From the NCBI RefSeq assembly GCF_009914755.1, contig NC_060945.1: a DNA stretch of 64,000 nucleotides; one strand, given 5' to 3'. Shown one piece after another: positions 13,030 to 26,230 of the stretch. Below the pieces are notes generated by a model. It was not told the origin of the DNA. It did no database searches and saw nothing but the letters and a program-made list of their open reading frames with translations. The stretch comes from the human T2T-CHM13v2.0 reference genome, Homo sapiens. Position 1 is the stretch's first letter; each line of letters opens with the position of its first letter. Position numbers and translations under genes: made by a program.

Positions 13030-13133
13030 GTGAACATATGTATATGTTCACCATATATATGTGAACATACACATATATTCATACATATGTATATGTTCAC
13101 CATATAAGTATGTGAACATATACATATATTCAC
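13030..13133. repeat. Palindromic TA-rich minisatellite (~50-bp unit, two copies)
   Basis: GTGAACATAT-GT-ATATGTTCAC hairpin; unit CATATGTATATGTTCACCATAT..TATGTGAACATA.ACATATATTCA is duplicated. Confidence 0.85.
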
Positions 13134-13136
13134 GTA

Positions 13137-15581
13137 TTCCTCTCAAACTTACCTGGAACATTCACAAAGACAGACCAGATAATGAGTCACAAAATACACC
13201 TTAACAAATTTAATAGAAGAGAAATTACATAAAGTTTGCCTTCAGGCAACAATAGAATTTGAAAATAAATTAATTATGGAAAGAGACCTAGATAATTCCA
13301 AAACATTTGAAGATTAAACGTCCACTTGGAAATAACACATAGATCAAAGAAGAGGTCTCAAAATAAATTTCAAAAACTTTGAACTAAATACAAATAAGAA
13401 TACAATTTATCAAAATGTATAAGATTCAGTGAAAACAGTGCAGACACAGAAACTGATAGCCTTGAATGTGTATATTAGAAAGGAAGAAAGTTATAAAATT
13501 AATAATCCAAGCTTCCACCTCAGAAAATGAGAAGAAAAAAAAAGCAATGAAAGCCTAAAGAAAACAAAAAAATGAAATATTTAGAATTAGAGGAGAAAAT
13601 ATTAAAATTATAAACAGAAAATCAATAGAAAAAAATCCTTAAAAACTGGCTCTTGGAAAAGATCAATAAAATTGATAACCATCTTGCCATGTTAACCAAG
13701 AACAAAAGAGAAAAGAGAAAAATTGCTAATATATCAAATAAAAAAGGTTTGTTACCAATGGACGCAGACTGCCAAAACTCACACAAATAGAAAAATAAAA
13801 TCTAAATTGGCCTCTATATCCTATAGAATTTGAACCAATAATTAATAACATTCCAAATAGAAAATAATAGGTTCAGACTGTTTCGCTGGTAAATTCTACC
13901 AAATACTAAGGAAGAATTGATAACAATTCTCTACCACGTTTTTCAGAAAATACAATCCGAGGGAACACATCTTAACTCTTTGTCAGTTAGCTTGAGCTGT
14001 TACAACAAAATACCTGAGATTGGGCAACTCAAACAACAGACATTTATTTCCTACAGTTGTGAAGGCTGGGTAGTCTGAGATTAGGGTGCCAGCACGGTCA
14101 GGTTCGGGTGAAGACCTGATTATTGCCGAGAAGATGGCTGCCTTCTTACTTTATCCTCACAAAATAAAGAGTGGTAGCTTTGGTGTCTCTTTCCCTTCTT
14201 ATAATGGCACTAATTAACCTCATCTAAACCTAATTACCTCCCAAAGCGCCACCTCATAATTTCATCACAATGCAAGTTAAGGCTTCAATATATGAATTTT
14301 GAGGGAAACAAACATTCAGCGTAACACTCTTTCTACAAAGCCACCGTCACCCTACTACCAAACCAGGTAATGTCATTGTAATAAAGGAAAACTACAGACC
14401 AGTATTTTTCATAAGCGTACATATGAAAATCGTCAACAAAACATTAGCAGACCAAATTCAGCAGTATATAGAAAAGAACTATACACCAAGACCTAGTGGG
14501 ATTTGTTTCATGTATCTGGTTCAACATTTAAAAATCCATTAATGTAATCCATTATATCCAGCAGGATACAGAATAAAAATTATATGATCATATATAGATG
14601 TAGAAAAAGCATTTGACTAAATTTAACATTCATGGTAAAAACTGCAAATTCAAAATAGAGGAAAACTTTATCAACATGGTAAAGAACATCTACAAAAAAA
14701 ATATACAACTAAACAAAAAATAAGAAAGAAGAAACAAAATGCTTTCCCCCCAAGAAAGAGAACAAAAGAAGGATGTCCCCCTCACATCTCCTCTTCAACA
14801 AAGTGCTGGAAGTTGTAGCTAATGAACCAAGGCAATAATAAAGTTAAAAAAATAGAAGTATACAGAATAGAAGGGAAAAAATAAATCTTTGTTGATGGAA
14901 GACAGGATTGTTGATGTAGAAAATCTCAAAAAAAATCAAAAAATTTTCTTGGAAGAAAAAAGCTTTTTTCATAACTTCTGAAAGCAGAAGCAACCAAGAT
15001 GTCCTTCAATAGGTGAATGGACAAACAAAATTTCATATCTGTACAATGGAGTACAGTATTATTCATCAATAATAAGCAATGAACTATGAAGCCATTGAAA
15101 GACATGGAGGAATCTTACTGAGCGAAATAAACCAGTCTGAAAAGTTACTGTATTATTCCAACTACATGCCATTCTGGAAAAGGCGAAAAATAGAGTTGGT
15201 AGAAAGATTAATCCATTCTAGGGGATTGAGGGGGAAGAGAGGAGGGAATTGATAGGCGATTGACAGGGGATTTTTAGATTGACAGAATATTCTGTAAGAT
15301 ACTGAAATGGTGAATACATGACAATACACATTGATCAAAACCCATAGAATGTACAACATAAAGAGGCAATCTTATATAAACTATGGACTTTAGTTAATAT
15401 TGTATCAATGTTACTTCATTCATTATAGCAAATGTAATGCAAGATGTCAGAGATAAGGCAAGACAAATTCAGGGAAGGGACATGTATGGGAACTCTCTGT
15501 AATTTCCATTCACCTGTTTACTCGTTTTTTTTTTTTTTTTTTTTTTGGCAAATCTGAAACAGTTCCAAAAAATAAAGTCTA
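13137..15581 (+). mobile_element. L1MC1-like ORF2 and 3'UTR, internally deleted, interrupted by MLT1A
   Basis: ORF2-like CCTGGAACATTCACAAAGACAGACC, GGTAAATTCTACCAAATACTAAGGAAGAA, GATGTAGAAAAAGCATTTGAC; 3'UTR CAAAACCCATAGAATGTACAACA...AAACTATGGACTTTAGTTAAT...AAATAAAGTCTA. Confidence 0.85.
13981..14326 (-). mobile_element. MLT1A/MST-type MaLR solo LTR
   Basis: TGTCAGTTAGCTTGAGCTGTTACAACAAAATACC...AAACATTCAGCGTAACA; perfect TSD CTCTT at 13976-80 and 14327-31. Confidence 0.9.
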
Positions 15582-15989
15582 ACAAATATTCTAGGTCAGT
15601 GTTTTGCTAAAAAAAAAAAAAAAAAAAAGAGAATAGTCTGAGCTCCATTTTCTTTCTTTTCTACATTTATTGATTGATTGCTTTAATAATTCTATGAAAA
15701 ATATTTTCTTACATTATTATAAGAAGGCCATTGGATATTTAAAGGAGAAGGGAGAAACACATCTGTGAGTTGATGGTAGATTTTCAAAAATATATATTGA
15801 TTAATTTATAATTTGTATTATAGAACCCTAAGGATAGAGACTGAAATGTTAAATAGTTCTACAAAGTTCATAAAGAAAAAGTGTTCTCCTGACCCATGAC
15901 TTCACACTTCTGATTTTTACTCCTCATTGACCACATATTTCGTCTTGTTCCAGCCTATTTAATTATCTGTATTAGATTTCTGTATTGAG

Positions 15990-17200
15990 ATTTCTCAGTT
16001 GAAGATTTAGCTCTACTATACAATAACTTACCTTTCAATGATCACTCTTTCTTGCCCATCCTCCCAGTATAATTATTTCACTTTTTGGTTATATCAATAT
16101 TCAGAACTTCTCTTATGTGACAATGTCAATAATTTCTGAAATTAAAGTCTCTAGTGCAATATGAACTTTTTTTTTATTTTGTGTTGTAGTTAATAACTAC
16201 TTTCTTTTTTTAAATTTATTATTCTATGTTTTTATCACAAATTTGTCTCAGTGCTCCACCAGAAATCTGAATCACCTCTCAATTTGTGTTGTTATGTTTT
16301 TAAAAAACAGCACAAATTAACCATGTCGTTTTCTTTCTCGAGGAATACTTCCTATAACCTTCCATCCAGTCTAGATTGTTTGCTTTGTAGTCAGGACATG
16401 TAAGGGTCATCCTGAGATTTCTTTTTCATCTTTGCCATTATTCTAAAGACTTTCTCTGCCTTCTTTTTGGTTAGACACCTTGTTTCCTGGAGTCCATGTG
16501 TTCTTCTGGTTTATTTATGTATTTATTTTTCATTCTCATTTTGATTAAAGCCTACCCTCTTTTTCGGTAGCTTCTTTAGAACAGTTTTTTCTTTATACAG
16601 TTTAAATATCTGAATATGTTCTTGCAACTTTGTATTTATTTGAGTTTGGCTAGATTTAAATTGATGCTCTGGTAACTGTTTCATTCAGAATTTTTGAAGG
16701 CTGTGCTCCCTTGTGTCTACCTTTTGGTCTTGCTATTAAGTCTGATCCTATTGTCATTTTTAATTCTTTGTTTATAACCAATTTTTGGTTTGTTTGTTTT
16801 TGTTTGAAAGCTTTTATAGTCTTGGTCATCTCTTTATCTTGGATGTTAATAATGTTTGCAAAAATATACTTTTATATTTTATAGTTCTAAGCACTATATG
16901 GGTTCTTTAAAGTTGGCGACTAATGTGTTTCCTGCTAATTTATATTATCCCTTCTGTTTTCTCAATTCTTTGTACCTGTTTTAATCTGTTGTACCACTTT
17001 AATTTATTCATAATTACTAAGCCAAAAATATTTTCTAGCCAATTTTACACCTTTTTGCTATTTTATTCTATTTCCTGGGCTATTCCCTCTATTTTTATCT
17101 TCCAATCCTTTGTTATCATATTTTAAATTCCCAAGGCTCTTTTCTGGGTCTCTGAATGTTCCCTGCACTCACCTCATGATGCAATAACTTTACATTCTTC
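15990..17200 (-). mobile_element. Ancient L1ME/HAL1-like fragment
   Basis: T-rich, with TTCAGAATTTTTGAAGGCTGTGCTCCCTTGTGTCT...TTGCTATTAAGTCTGAT, typical of antisense HAL1/L1 ORF1. Confidence 0.5.
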
Positions 17201-19402
17201 AAAGTTTATTTATCATGAAGCATGGTATTTGAGGTTTCATTTTGTTGGCTACTCGCAGAGGATAACACAGAGCGAGGAATTCTTTTTTTTCCTTTGAAGC
17301 ATATTGATAAATTTTCAAAGAAAATTAATTGTTTTCATAGATAGATAGGTGCCTATTTCCTTATTCTACCAGATACACAAGTGTTAATGGCACAAAATCA
17401 TTTCCACAGGTAGAACTGAGAATGTGGGGGTGGATGTCTGGTGAAAGTTCAAACAAATAGCATTGATATACTTTTCTTTCAAGTATTGTTGAAGCCAGAC
17501 ATTTAAGAGTCCAGCCTCACAGTTTCTCTCAATCTCTGGCCATACCTAAGTCCTCTAGGGATTTTAAACAATATTTTGAAAGTAAATTCCCTGAAAAGAC
17601 TAATATTACTACTAGTCCATGTGAAGGGGAGTGTCCCCAAAAACAATTGGAATTTGAAGTATTTATTTATTCATGCATTCACTCTCTTATCAATAATTGA
17701 TTATCTACTATGTGTGAGAAACAATGCTATGCATTTAGGATACAATTATTTAATTCAAATATCATTCATCTCTGTGTTTTTAAGGCTTTGTTTTCCTTGA
17801 TTGAATTTTTAACTGGCTGGCTCTTTCAATTGGGAATTGTAGAAAACATTTTTTTTTAAATAATAAGATCTTAAAACTCTTACGTTATTCAATACTGTAA
17901 TAATTCTTAGAAAGTAAACTGCGTTCAACCTGGAAAGATCACCTATATGGTAAATAAAGTTGTTGCTGGTGTTATTGTTTTAGACTTGAACAATTTCTGG
18001 AACTAGCAGAGAAAATTTTTAAGAAATCTGAAGTCAAGAACTGATTTACTGGTATTAGAGCCATAGAAAGGATAATACAGCCACTTTGCCCAAGGTATGC
18101 CTGCCTTACTTTTTTATTTATGAGTCACTAGCACTGCTAGAAAACAAACAGCTGCATCAGTATTTTCCTGGATATTAAAGTCACTTTTATTGATGCCTTT
18201 GAACTTGCTGTATCATCTCATAGGGACACTGCAAACAAAGCCCTAGTAAATATACAATTTATTACCAGGGAACCTAGTTAATGAAAATCTGTGCTGTGTA
18301 TAAGAAAAGCTACAATAGTCTGTTTGGAAAACATTCAAATTCTATTTCCAATTACATGTCATTGTGAGGTTTCCTGGGTTTTGCTCTTTATCTTTCTCTT
18401 TTAAAATCTCAATGTGTTGATTATTGATCTCTCTTCTACAAAGAGACAGCTATAAATGTGAACAAGCAGTATATATTTGGAATATTATGAATGTGTATCA
18501 AAATGCACCTCCAAGACGCATACAGTCTCCGTAAAACAAGGTTTACTTATTTTGTGAGTTAAGCGAACTAAATAAAATGTCATGTTTAGGTTACTAACTC
18601 AAAATTAGGAGTTATTTTGATCCTTAGTATATTATCAGAAAAATCTTAGTACACTGAGTGAAAAAAAATTTATGCCATTATTAAACACTCAAAAACTATT
18701 TTCTCATGCAATGTGAACATTTTAAACTCTTACTGGCTCTCATCAAAAATTGGAAGAAAATATCCCAGAGGATTTAATTCATTCATAAATGTTTTCCTGT
18801 TTTTTTTTCTATAATTTGGCCAATGTATATCTCTGAAAAAACATGCCCAATTAAGTCCAATATTCTATTTCAAAATATGACATAAATCTTTCTCTTTAAT
18901 GAAACAGGTAGTTTTCTATTGAGGTGGTCCAGATTGCAAGAAGACTAAAATGATATATTTTTTAAAAAGGAAGTGAACATAGTATTCTAATTTCATTTCA
19001 AGAGGAAAACAAAAATTATACATATGACTATAAAATAGTATTGAACTCCAGTATAAAAGTGAGGTATGAGTTACTATTTTCCTCTTTCTTAAAATAATAG
19101 CAAGAATAAAAATATAAGAACACAAATAAACAAAAAAGGACGACATTTCTAGTAAAACTAGGAGAAAGGTAAAATTTACACACTCCCAAATACATGTACA
19201 TCTTTTCAAAGTTGAGTTTGAACATGAGCTGTGTGAGAGGGCATGAAAAGGGCCAGGAGAATACCTCAAAAATCCCCAACAAAAATTCACGTGCTACAGA
19301 TGAGAGTCTTATTTGATGTAGAAACCGAATAACTTGTTCTTTACCCTGCTCCAGCTGGATTCAGAGAAATCTTGCCAACATGGCTGTGTAACGAATCATC
19401 CA

Positions 19403-19716
19403 GGCCAGACGTGGTGGCTCATGCCTATAAAGCACTTTGGGAGGCCGAGGCAGGTGGATCACTTGATGTCAGGAGTTCGAGACCAGTCTGACCAATGTGG
19501 TGAAACTCTGTCTCCACTAAAAAAAAAAAAAAAAAAAAAAAAAGCCAGGTGTGGAGGTGCGTGACTGTAGTCCCAGCTACTTAAGAGACTGAGGCAGGAG
19601 AATCGCTTGAACCTGGGAAGGGGAGTCTGCAGTGAGCCAAGATTTGGCCACTGCACTACGGCCTGGGTGACAGAGTGATACCTCTTCTCAAAACAAACAA
19701 ATAAACAAACAGAAAA
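19403..19716 (+). mobile_element. AluS, full length, with a pure poly-A central linker (~25 A)
   Basis: Alu consensus; TSD GAATCATCCA at 19393-19402 and 19717-19726; (AAAC)n tail. Confidence 0.97.
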
Positions 19717-20799
19717 GAATCATCCATATGGCCTCTGAGACTACATAAAAAGGGGAAGAAAGTCAGCTTCCCAGCTCACCCCAGGAAACCTGCAAGTTGT
19801 CACACCAGGAAACTGCAATTTATTATGATTAGTAATACAGAGAAACTAAAAACCATTGATAAAATGCTATTTTAAATATAGATGATAAACAAACAGAATC
19901 AGAACTTACTGAAAGATGATTAACACTGACAGAAAATATAGAAATATTGATATAGAAAAAAAATGATGATGAAATATTTTGCAATAGATTTTTTTAATGG
20001 AACTTTTACCCATTAAAATATTAGCAGGAGAGAGAGAGAGTAGGAAAGAGAGAAAGAGAGAACGAGAATAAGGAGATGACATATATGAGCTACCAGTTCT
20101 TAGAAAGGGGTGGAAGTAGAATGATCACACTTAATGACAAAATGAAATAGTGCAGGAAAAAAAAAAGATGAGGCAGGAAAAAAAAAACAGAAACAAAGAG
20201 AATAGATACTGAAAAATAAATTAAAATGGCAGCCTAGAGGTAAAAATAAATGCAGGTATGTAGAGTATACCTCAATGAAGTCCTTATGAAGGAAGAGAAG
20301 GAAGGAAGACCACAAAGAGACAGAGCCCGTTGATTTCAGTCCGGGCAGCCACTGCACCTGAAGCTACACTGCTGATCAACAACAACAACAAAAAACCCAG
20401 TAGAAATAATTGTATTTCGGCAAAGGCACTTGAGAGTGTTTTATGGTCGCAAAATAGAAGGTACATCAGCACCCAGAATGAAAGTCAACTGTGATTCCAC
20501 AGGAAAAAAAAGAAAAAAAATCTGAAATGCATCAGTTCTTGGGATAAATGGAAATGAAACAGTTGAAAGTGCCTGTTCTGGAGATGATTCATAAAGATCC
20601 AAGTGAAGATTCCAATATTCATCAAAGCACCAAGAAATCAGTGTGAAAAAGAACATCTCAACTGCAGGATCAGTACACGAACTATCATTATATAATGGTA
20701 TAGATATTTTAAAAATACGTGAAGATACAGTCTACATATAGGCAGAGAGAAAAGTAGTTTTAAAATGCAAAACTGAAGTTTTGTTGCTGTTTTAAAATT

Positions 20800-23290
20800 C
20801 TAAAAGTCCCTACCATATATATTTAGATTTTCTCCATTTACAATGTCTACTGGATTCTATTATTACTAAATTTAATAAATATATAAATCTTCAACATACA
20901 AGAATATAATTTTGAGGAATACTGTGAAATTTGGTTTCTCTAGAAATTACTATGCGTGTCCTAAAATTATTAAGTGGACTTAGAATGAATACTGCGTCGC
21001 TAAAACTACAATATAAAGCAATGATTTCAATCCATTTATCACCTACCTCATTTCCTATGCTTTAGATTTCAGAAGTATTACATCTATATACTATAAACAT
21101 CTCACAAAACATTAATAAGTTTTGTTTAAATAATGATACATATTTTTAAATGTATTAAGAGGAAAAATTGTGGGATTTTTAAACTTTTATTTTAAGTTCA
21201 CCAGTATATATGTAGGTTTGTTACATAGGTGAACTTGTGTCATGGGGGTTTGTTGTACAAATTATTTCATTACTCAGGTATTCACCCTAGTACTCATTGG
21301 TTATTTTCCCTGATCCTCTCCCTCCTCTGTTCCTCCAAAAGGCCCCAGTGTGTGTTGTTCCCCTCTTTGTGTCCATGCGTTCTCACCATTTAGCTCTCTC
21401 TTATAGGTGAAAACATGTGGTATTTGGTTTTCTGTTCTTGTGTTAGTTTATGTAAGGATAATGGCCTATAGCTCCATCCATGTCCCCTCAAAGGACATGA
21501 TTTTGTTTTTCTTTTATTCGTGCATAGTATTCCATAGTGTATGTGCACCACATTTTCTTTATCCAGTCTATCACTGATGAGAAGTTAGGTTGATTCCATG
21601 TCTTTACTATTGTGAATATTGCCACAATGAACATACCTACATATGCATCTTTATAGTATAAAGATTTATATTCCTTTGGGTATATAACCAATAATGGCAT
21701 TGCTGGTCAAATGGTATTTCTGTCTTTAGGTCTTTGAGGAATTGCCACCTGTCTTCCACCTGGGATAATTATGTTTTATATTTACCTAAAGATTTGTCAT
21801 TTCTGATGCTCTTCTTTTTTTCCTGAGGGTCAAAGTTTCTATATGGTATTCATTTCCCTTAATCTCAAATAATTGCCTTTAACTTTTTTTTTGAAATGTT
21901 ATTCTTTCAGCAACAATTTTATTCATTTTCTTTGACCAAAAATATCTTTATTTTTGCCTATATTATAGACTATTTTCTTTGGATATAGATTCCTAAGTTC
22001 AGAGTTATTTTCTTTCATCAATTTAGATATGCTGTTTCATGGTCTTTTGCCCTCTGTTTTTTGTGATAAACTGGATTTCATTCACGACCTTCAAATGTAT
22101 GCTTTCAATAATTTAATTATGCTGAGGCTGGAACTGCTTTCGCTTGCAAATATCCTGCTTGGGGGGGTCACTGGGTTTACTGACTTTCTAAAATATTTGC
22201 CTTTTATTAAATCTGGGAAACTTTTGGCTATTTTTTCAAACATGTATTTTTTCTTTTCAATTCTTTCTCTAATTCTGAAATCTCAAGTTTAAAAATATAT
22301 TAACCTATTTGATCCAGAGTTTGCTGACTCTATGTTTTTCTATTTTTTCTGTTTTTTAGATCAGATGATTTATATTGACTTATCGTTTAGTTTAGTGAAT
22401 CCTTCCTCTGTCTTCTCCATTCTGCTTTATTTCAGATGCTTCATTTTTTAAATCCTGTGTTTCCTTTTGCTTCCTTTTTAAGTATGTATTAATATTTCTC
22501 TCTGGTGAAGTATCTTATCTTTTCATTGAATGTGAGTGTGTTTTTCTTTATTGATAATATGATATTAGCTGCCTTAATATCTTTGCTTGCTAATATTAAT
22601 AACGGGATCATTTTTCTTTGTGGTTCTTGCTTGATTTTGTTTCCTCTAAAGACTGGATTACGTTTCACTGATTTTTTTATATTCAATGTTGATTAACTCT
22701 AAATTTTAGCTTGAATATAGAGAACTTGCATTATGCTATATTCCTTTGAAGAATTCCATTTCTTTGTTTTAGTGGGCACTTAGCTTGGTTGGACAAAAAC
22801 CAGCAAACTCAGTGTCTTGGAAACATGTCTCAATTCAATTATTTTATCTTCAACTGGGTTGAACTGAATCTGCCTCACACATGCTTGGGTCAGTATTAGC
22901 ATATCAGACAGGTTTTTGGAGACATTTTAAAAAGAGATTTAGAAACTTGTCAACTCACAGTATCTCCTTTCTGTGAATCCCCTTATTTCCAGCTGTTGTG
23001 GTTGCTTCAAACTGTCCTCTAGCTCTTAAATCTGGCAAGAATGCAGGTTTTCTATCAGTTTTAGCCTCTAGGTACAGGAAATGACTGTGGCTCTCAGGTG
23101 AATAGTTGTAGAAACATAAAAAAAACTTTTCTTGTTAGTTCCTGCTTCAAAGTATTGACTGCCCTCCAAATTTTACTTACATTTGCTCATGATCCAGGGT
23201 CTTCAGGTGTTAACTAAAAATTGTCTAGAGTTTCTGGCTATTGTCTGAAGGAGGAATAATCTTTAGTAGGAAATTACTGACCTCTACGGT
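20800..23290 (-). mobile_element. Old L1M ORF1/5' region, interrupted by an L1PA
   Basis: Antisense L1M motifs TTTGTCATTTCTGATGCTCTT, AAATCTGGGAAACTTTTGGCTATTTTTTCAAA, TCTTTGCTTGCTAATATTAAT. Confidence 0.6.
21175..21760 (-). mobile_element. L1PA13-15-like 3' end
   Basis: GGTTTGTTACATAGGTGAACTTGTGTCATGGGGGTTTGTTGTACAAATTATTTCAT; ORF 21488-21700 is the ORF2p C-terminus (WIKKMWCTYTMEYY). Confidence 0.9.
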
Positions 23291-24549
23291 AAGCAAAATG
23301 TCAAGACAAACAGGCATAAACATAGAAAAACTGAGAATATTTCATTGCCATGATTCTTTTTTAAGTAAGTACTATAAGGACAAGATATAGCTTGGATATG
23401 ACTGGGAAAACTATGACAAAATGATTCTTATCAATACTGACAATATTTAGCTGCAAAGCTTGTTTAACTGTACATAAAATTGAATAAAATGTTGTGTGCC
23501 TTAACTTTAGTAACTTTACTTACAGTTTGATGAGGTAAGAGAAGAAATGGAGGAGGATATAGATTTAAGTTTGCTGAATGTCCAATCCCTGAGAACAGAA
23601 TTAAATGGAGTAATAAAAATACAGGTATATTTCACATTGTAAAGGTAAACATGCAAGGCCTAATATTAGTAACTAAAATTGTCAGCAGAAGAGTAGAAGG
23701 GGGGTTATAGATGAGAAAACATGTTACTGTTTTATTGCTTATAGTGATTGATACATGTAATATAAATAAATGTCAAACTGAGGAAATACACTTGTAGTGT
23801 CAAATAACTAAATAATTAATTATGTATCTATATCTATTTATTTATCAATGTCTATCTATGTATTGTAAGAGTTTTGTGTGGTATATTCATATGTATTATA
23901 ATACACAAAAAAGTAGAAGTAGTATGGAAAATATTTTCTCATTACAGTGCATGTAATTAGAAATTTATAACAAAATACAAATTTAAAACACCTTTGTCAA
24001 CAGAAATTTCAAAATGTTTTCTAAGCAATTCTGTGGTCTGAAAGGCAATATTAATTGAGATTTCAGACTTTTAGAACATATCAAAAATAAACACAGTACA
24101 TAGAGGATACAGCTTAAATTAACAAAATTTAATACTTCTATTGATAATCAAATAACAATGAAAACAAATAACAGCCTATTGAAAAAGTTAGAAAAATAAC
24201 ATCAAGATAATAAAAAAATAAGCAGAAGAGAAAACAATCAAACACACAAATCAAAGTGCTAAAAAAAGTACCCAAAAAAACAGGTTTGAAACAAACAAAC
24301 AAAACTGGGGAAGATTTGCAATTTGAACCAGAAAGATCTGCTATCTATTAAACACAGAAATCATACAGAAATTGATTAGTAAAACATTACCCAATAAATA
24401 TGGGTAAAGGTGATAAATGTACAGATCACAGAAAGGGGCACATAAATGGGGTTTAAGCCTATAAAAATATTTAGTTTACTCATAAGATAAAGAAAAATTA
24501 AGGTTCCATTAAGATACTATTTTTGTCTATCATACTAGCTCTAGTTATC

Positions 24550-25480
<931 letters not shown>

Positions 25481-25689
25481 AGCATGACAATTACAATTTA
25501 TATATATATGTGTATGTGTACATGTGAAGCACTGTACTTAATATGATAGAGAATAACTGATACATCCAAATGACCACAAAGAAAATGTTAAATAATACAC
25601 TTATTTTGCAAGCCTCTAGGGAAACAAGCACTTTAATATATTAAAGGTGGGTGTGCAACTTGGTACAATTCTTAGGATTGAAAATATCT

Positions 25690-26230
25690 GTAGATGTTTG
25701 GAAATATCTGTAACATTTTCTAATGTATGTACCTTTTCATATCTGAGAACTCACTTGAAAGATGTAATTGCATGCATGAAATGACATTAGTACAAAATTA
25801 TTCATTGTAGCATTGCTTGTATTAACAAGAGATTGGGAACAACTATGTTGTCAATGCTTGGGTTCTGGTTATATACATAAATTCAAATTTACACAAAAAG
25901 ATACAGTAAAACACAATAAAATACAATGAGGAAGCCATTTCTGTTTTGATATAGAGAGGTCTCAAATATTTTATTGAGTGATATAAGCAGAATAATGTAC
26001 AGAGTTGTGTATTTTATTGAGGAAAGGAGGACAACTGAGAATATATGCTTGTATTTTACTACATATACCTTTAAAGAAATCTGGAAGAAAACAGAAATCC
26101 TAAGACACAGTGTTCTCTTGGGTGTGTTATGATGGGAGAGTTGCCGATGTTGAGAAAATGTGCTGTTTTGCACAGAAATGAGTGGCTGACTTTTCAGTGC
26201 ATGCTTTTTTATTTTAATTACTTAAGTAGT
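25690..26230 (+). mobile_element. L1ME-type 3' end
   Basis: TTCATTGTAGCATTGCTTGTATTAACAAGAGATTGGGAACAACTA...ATATTTTATTGAGTGA. Confidence 0.6.
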
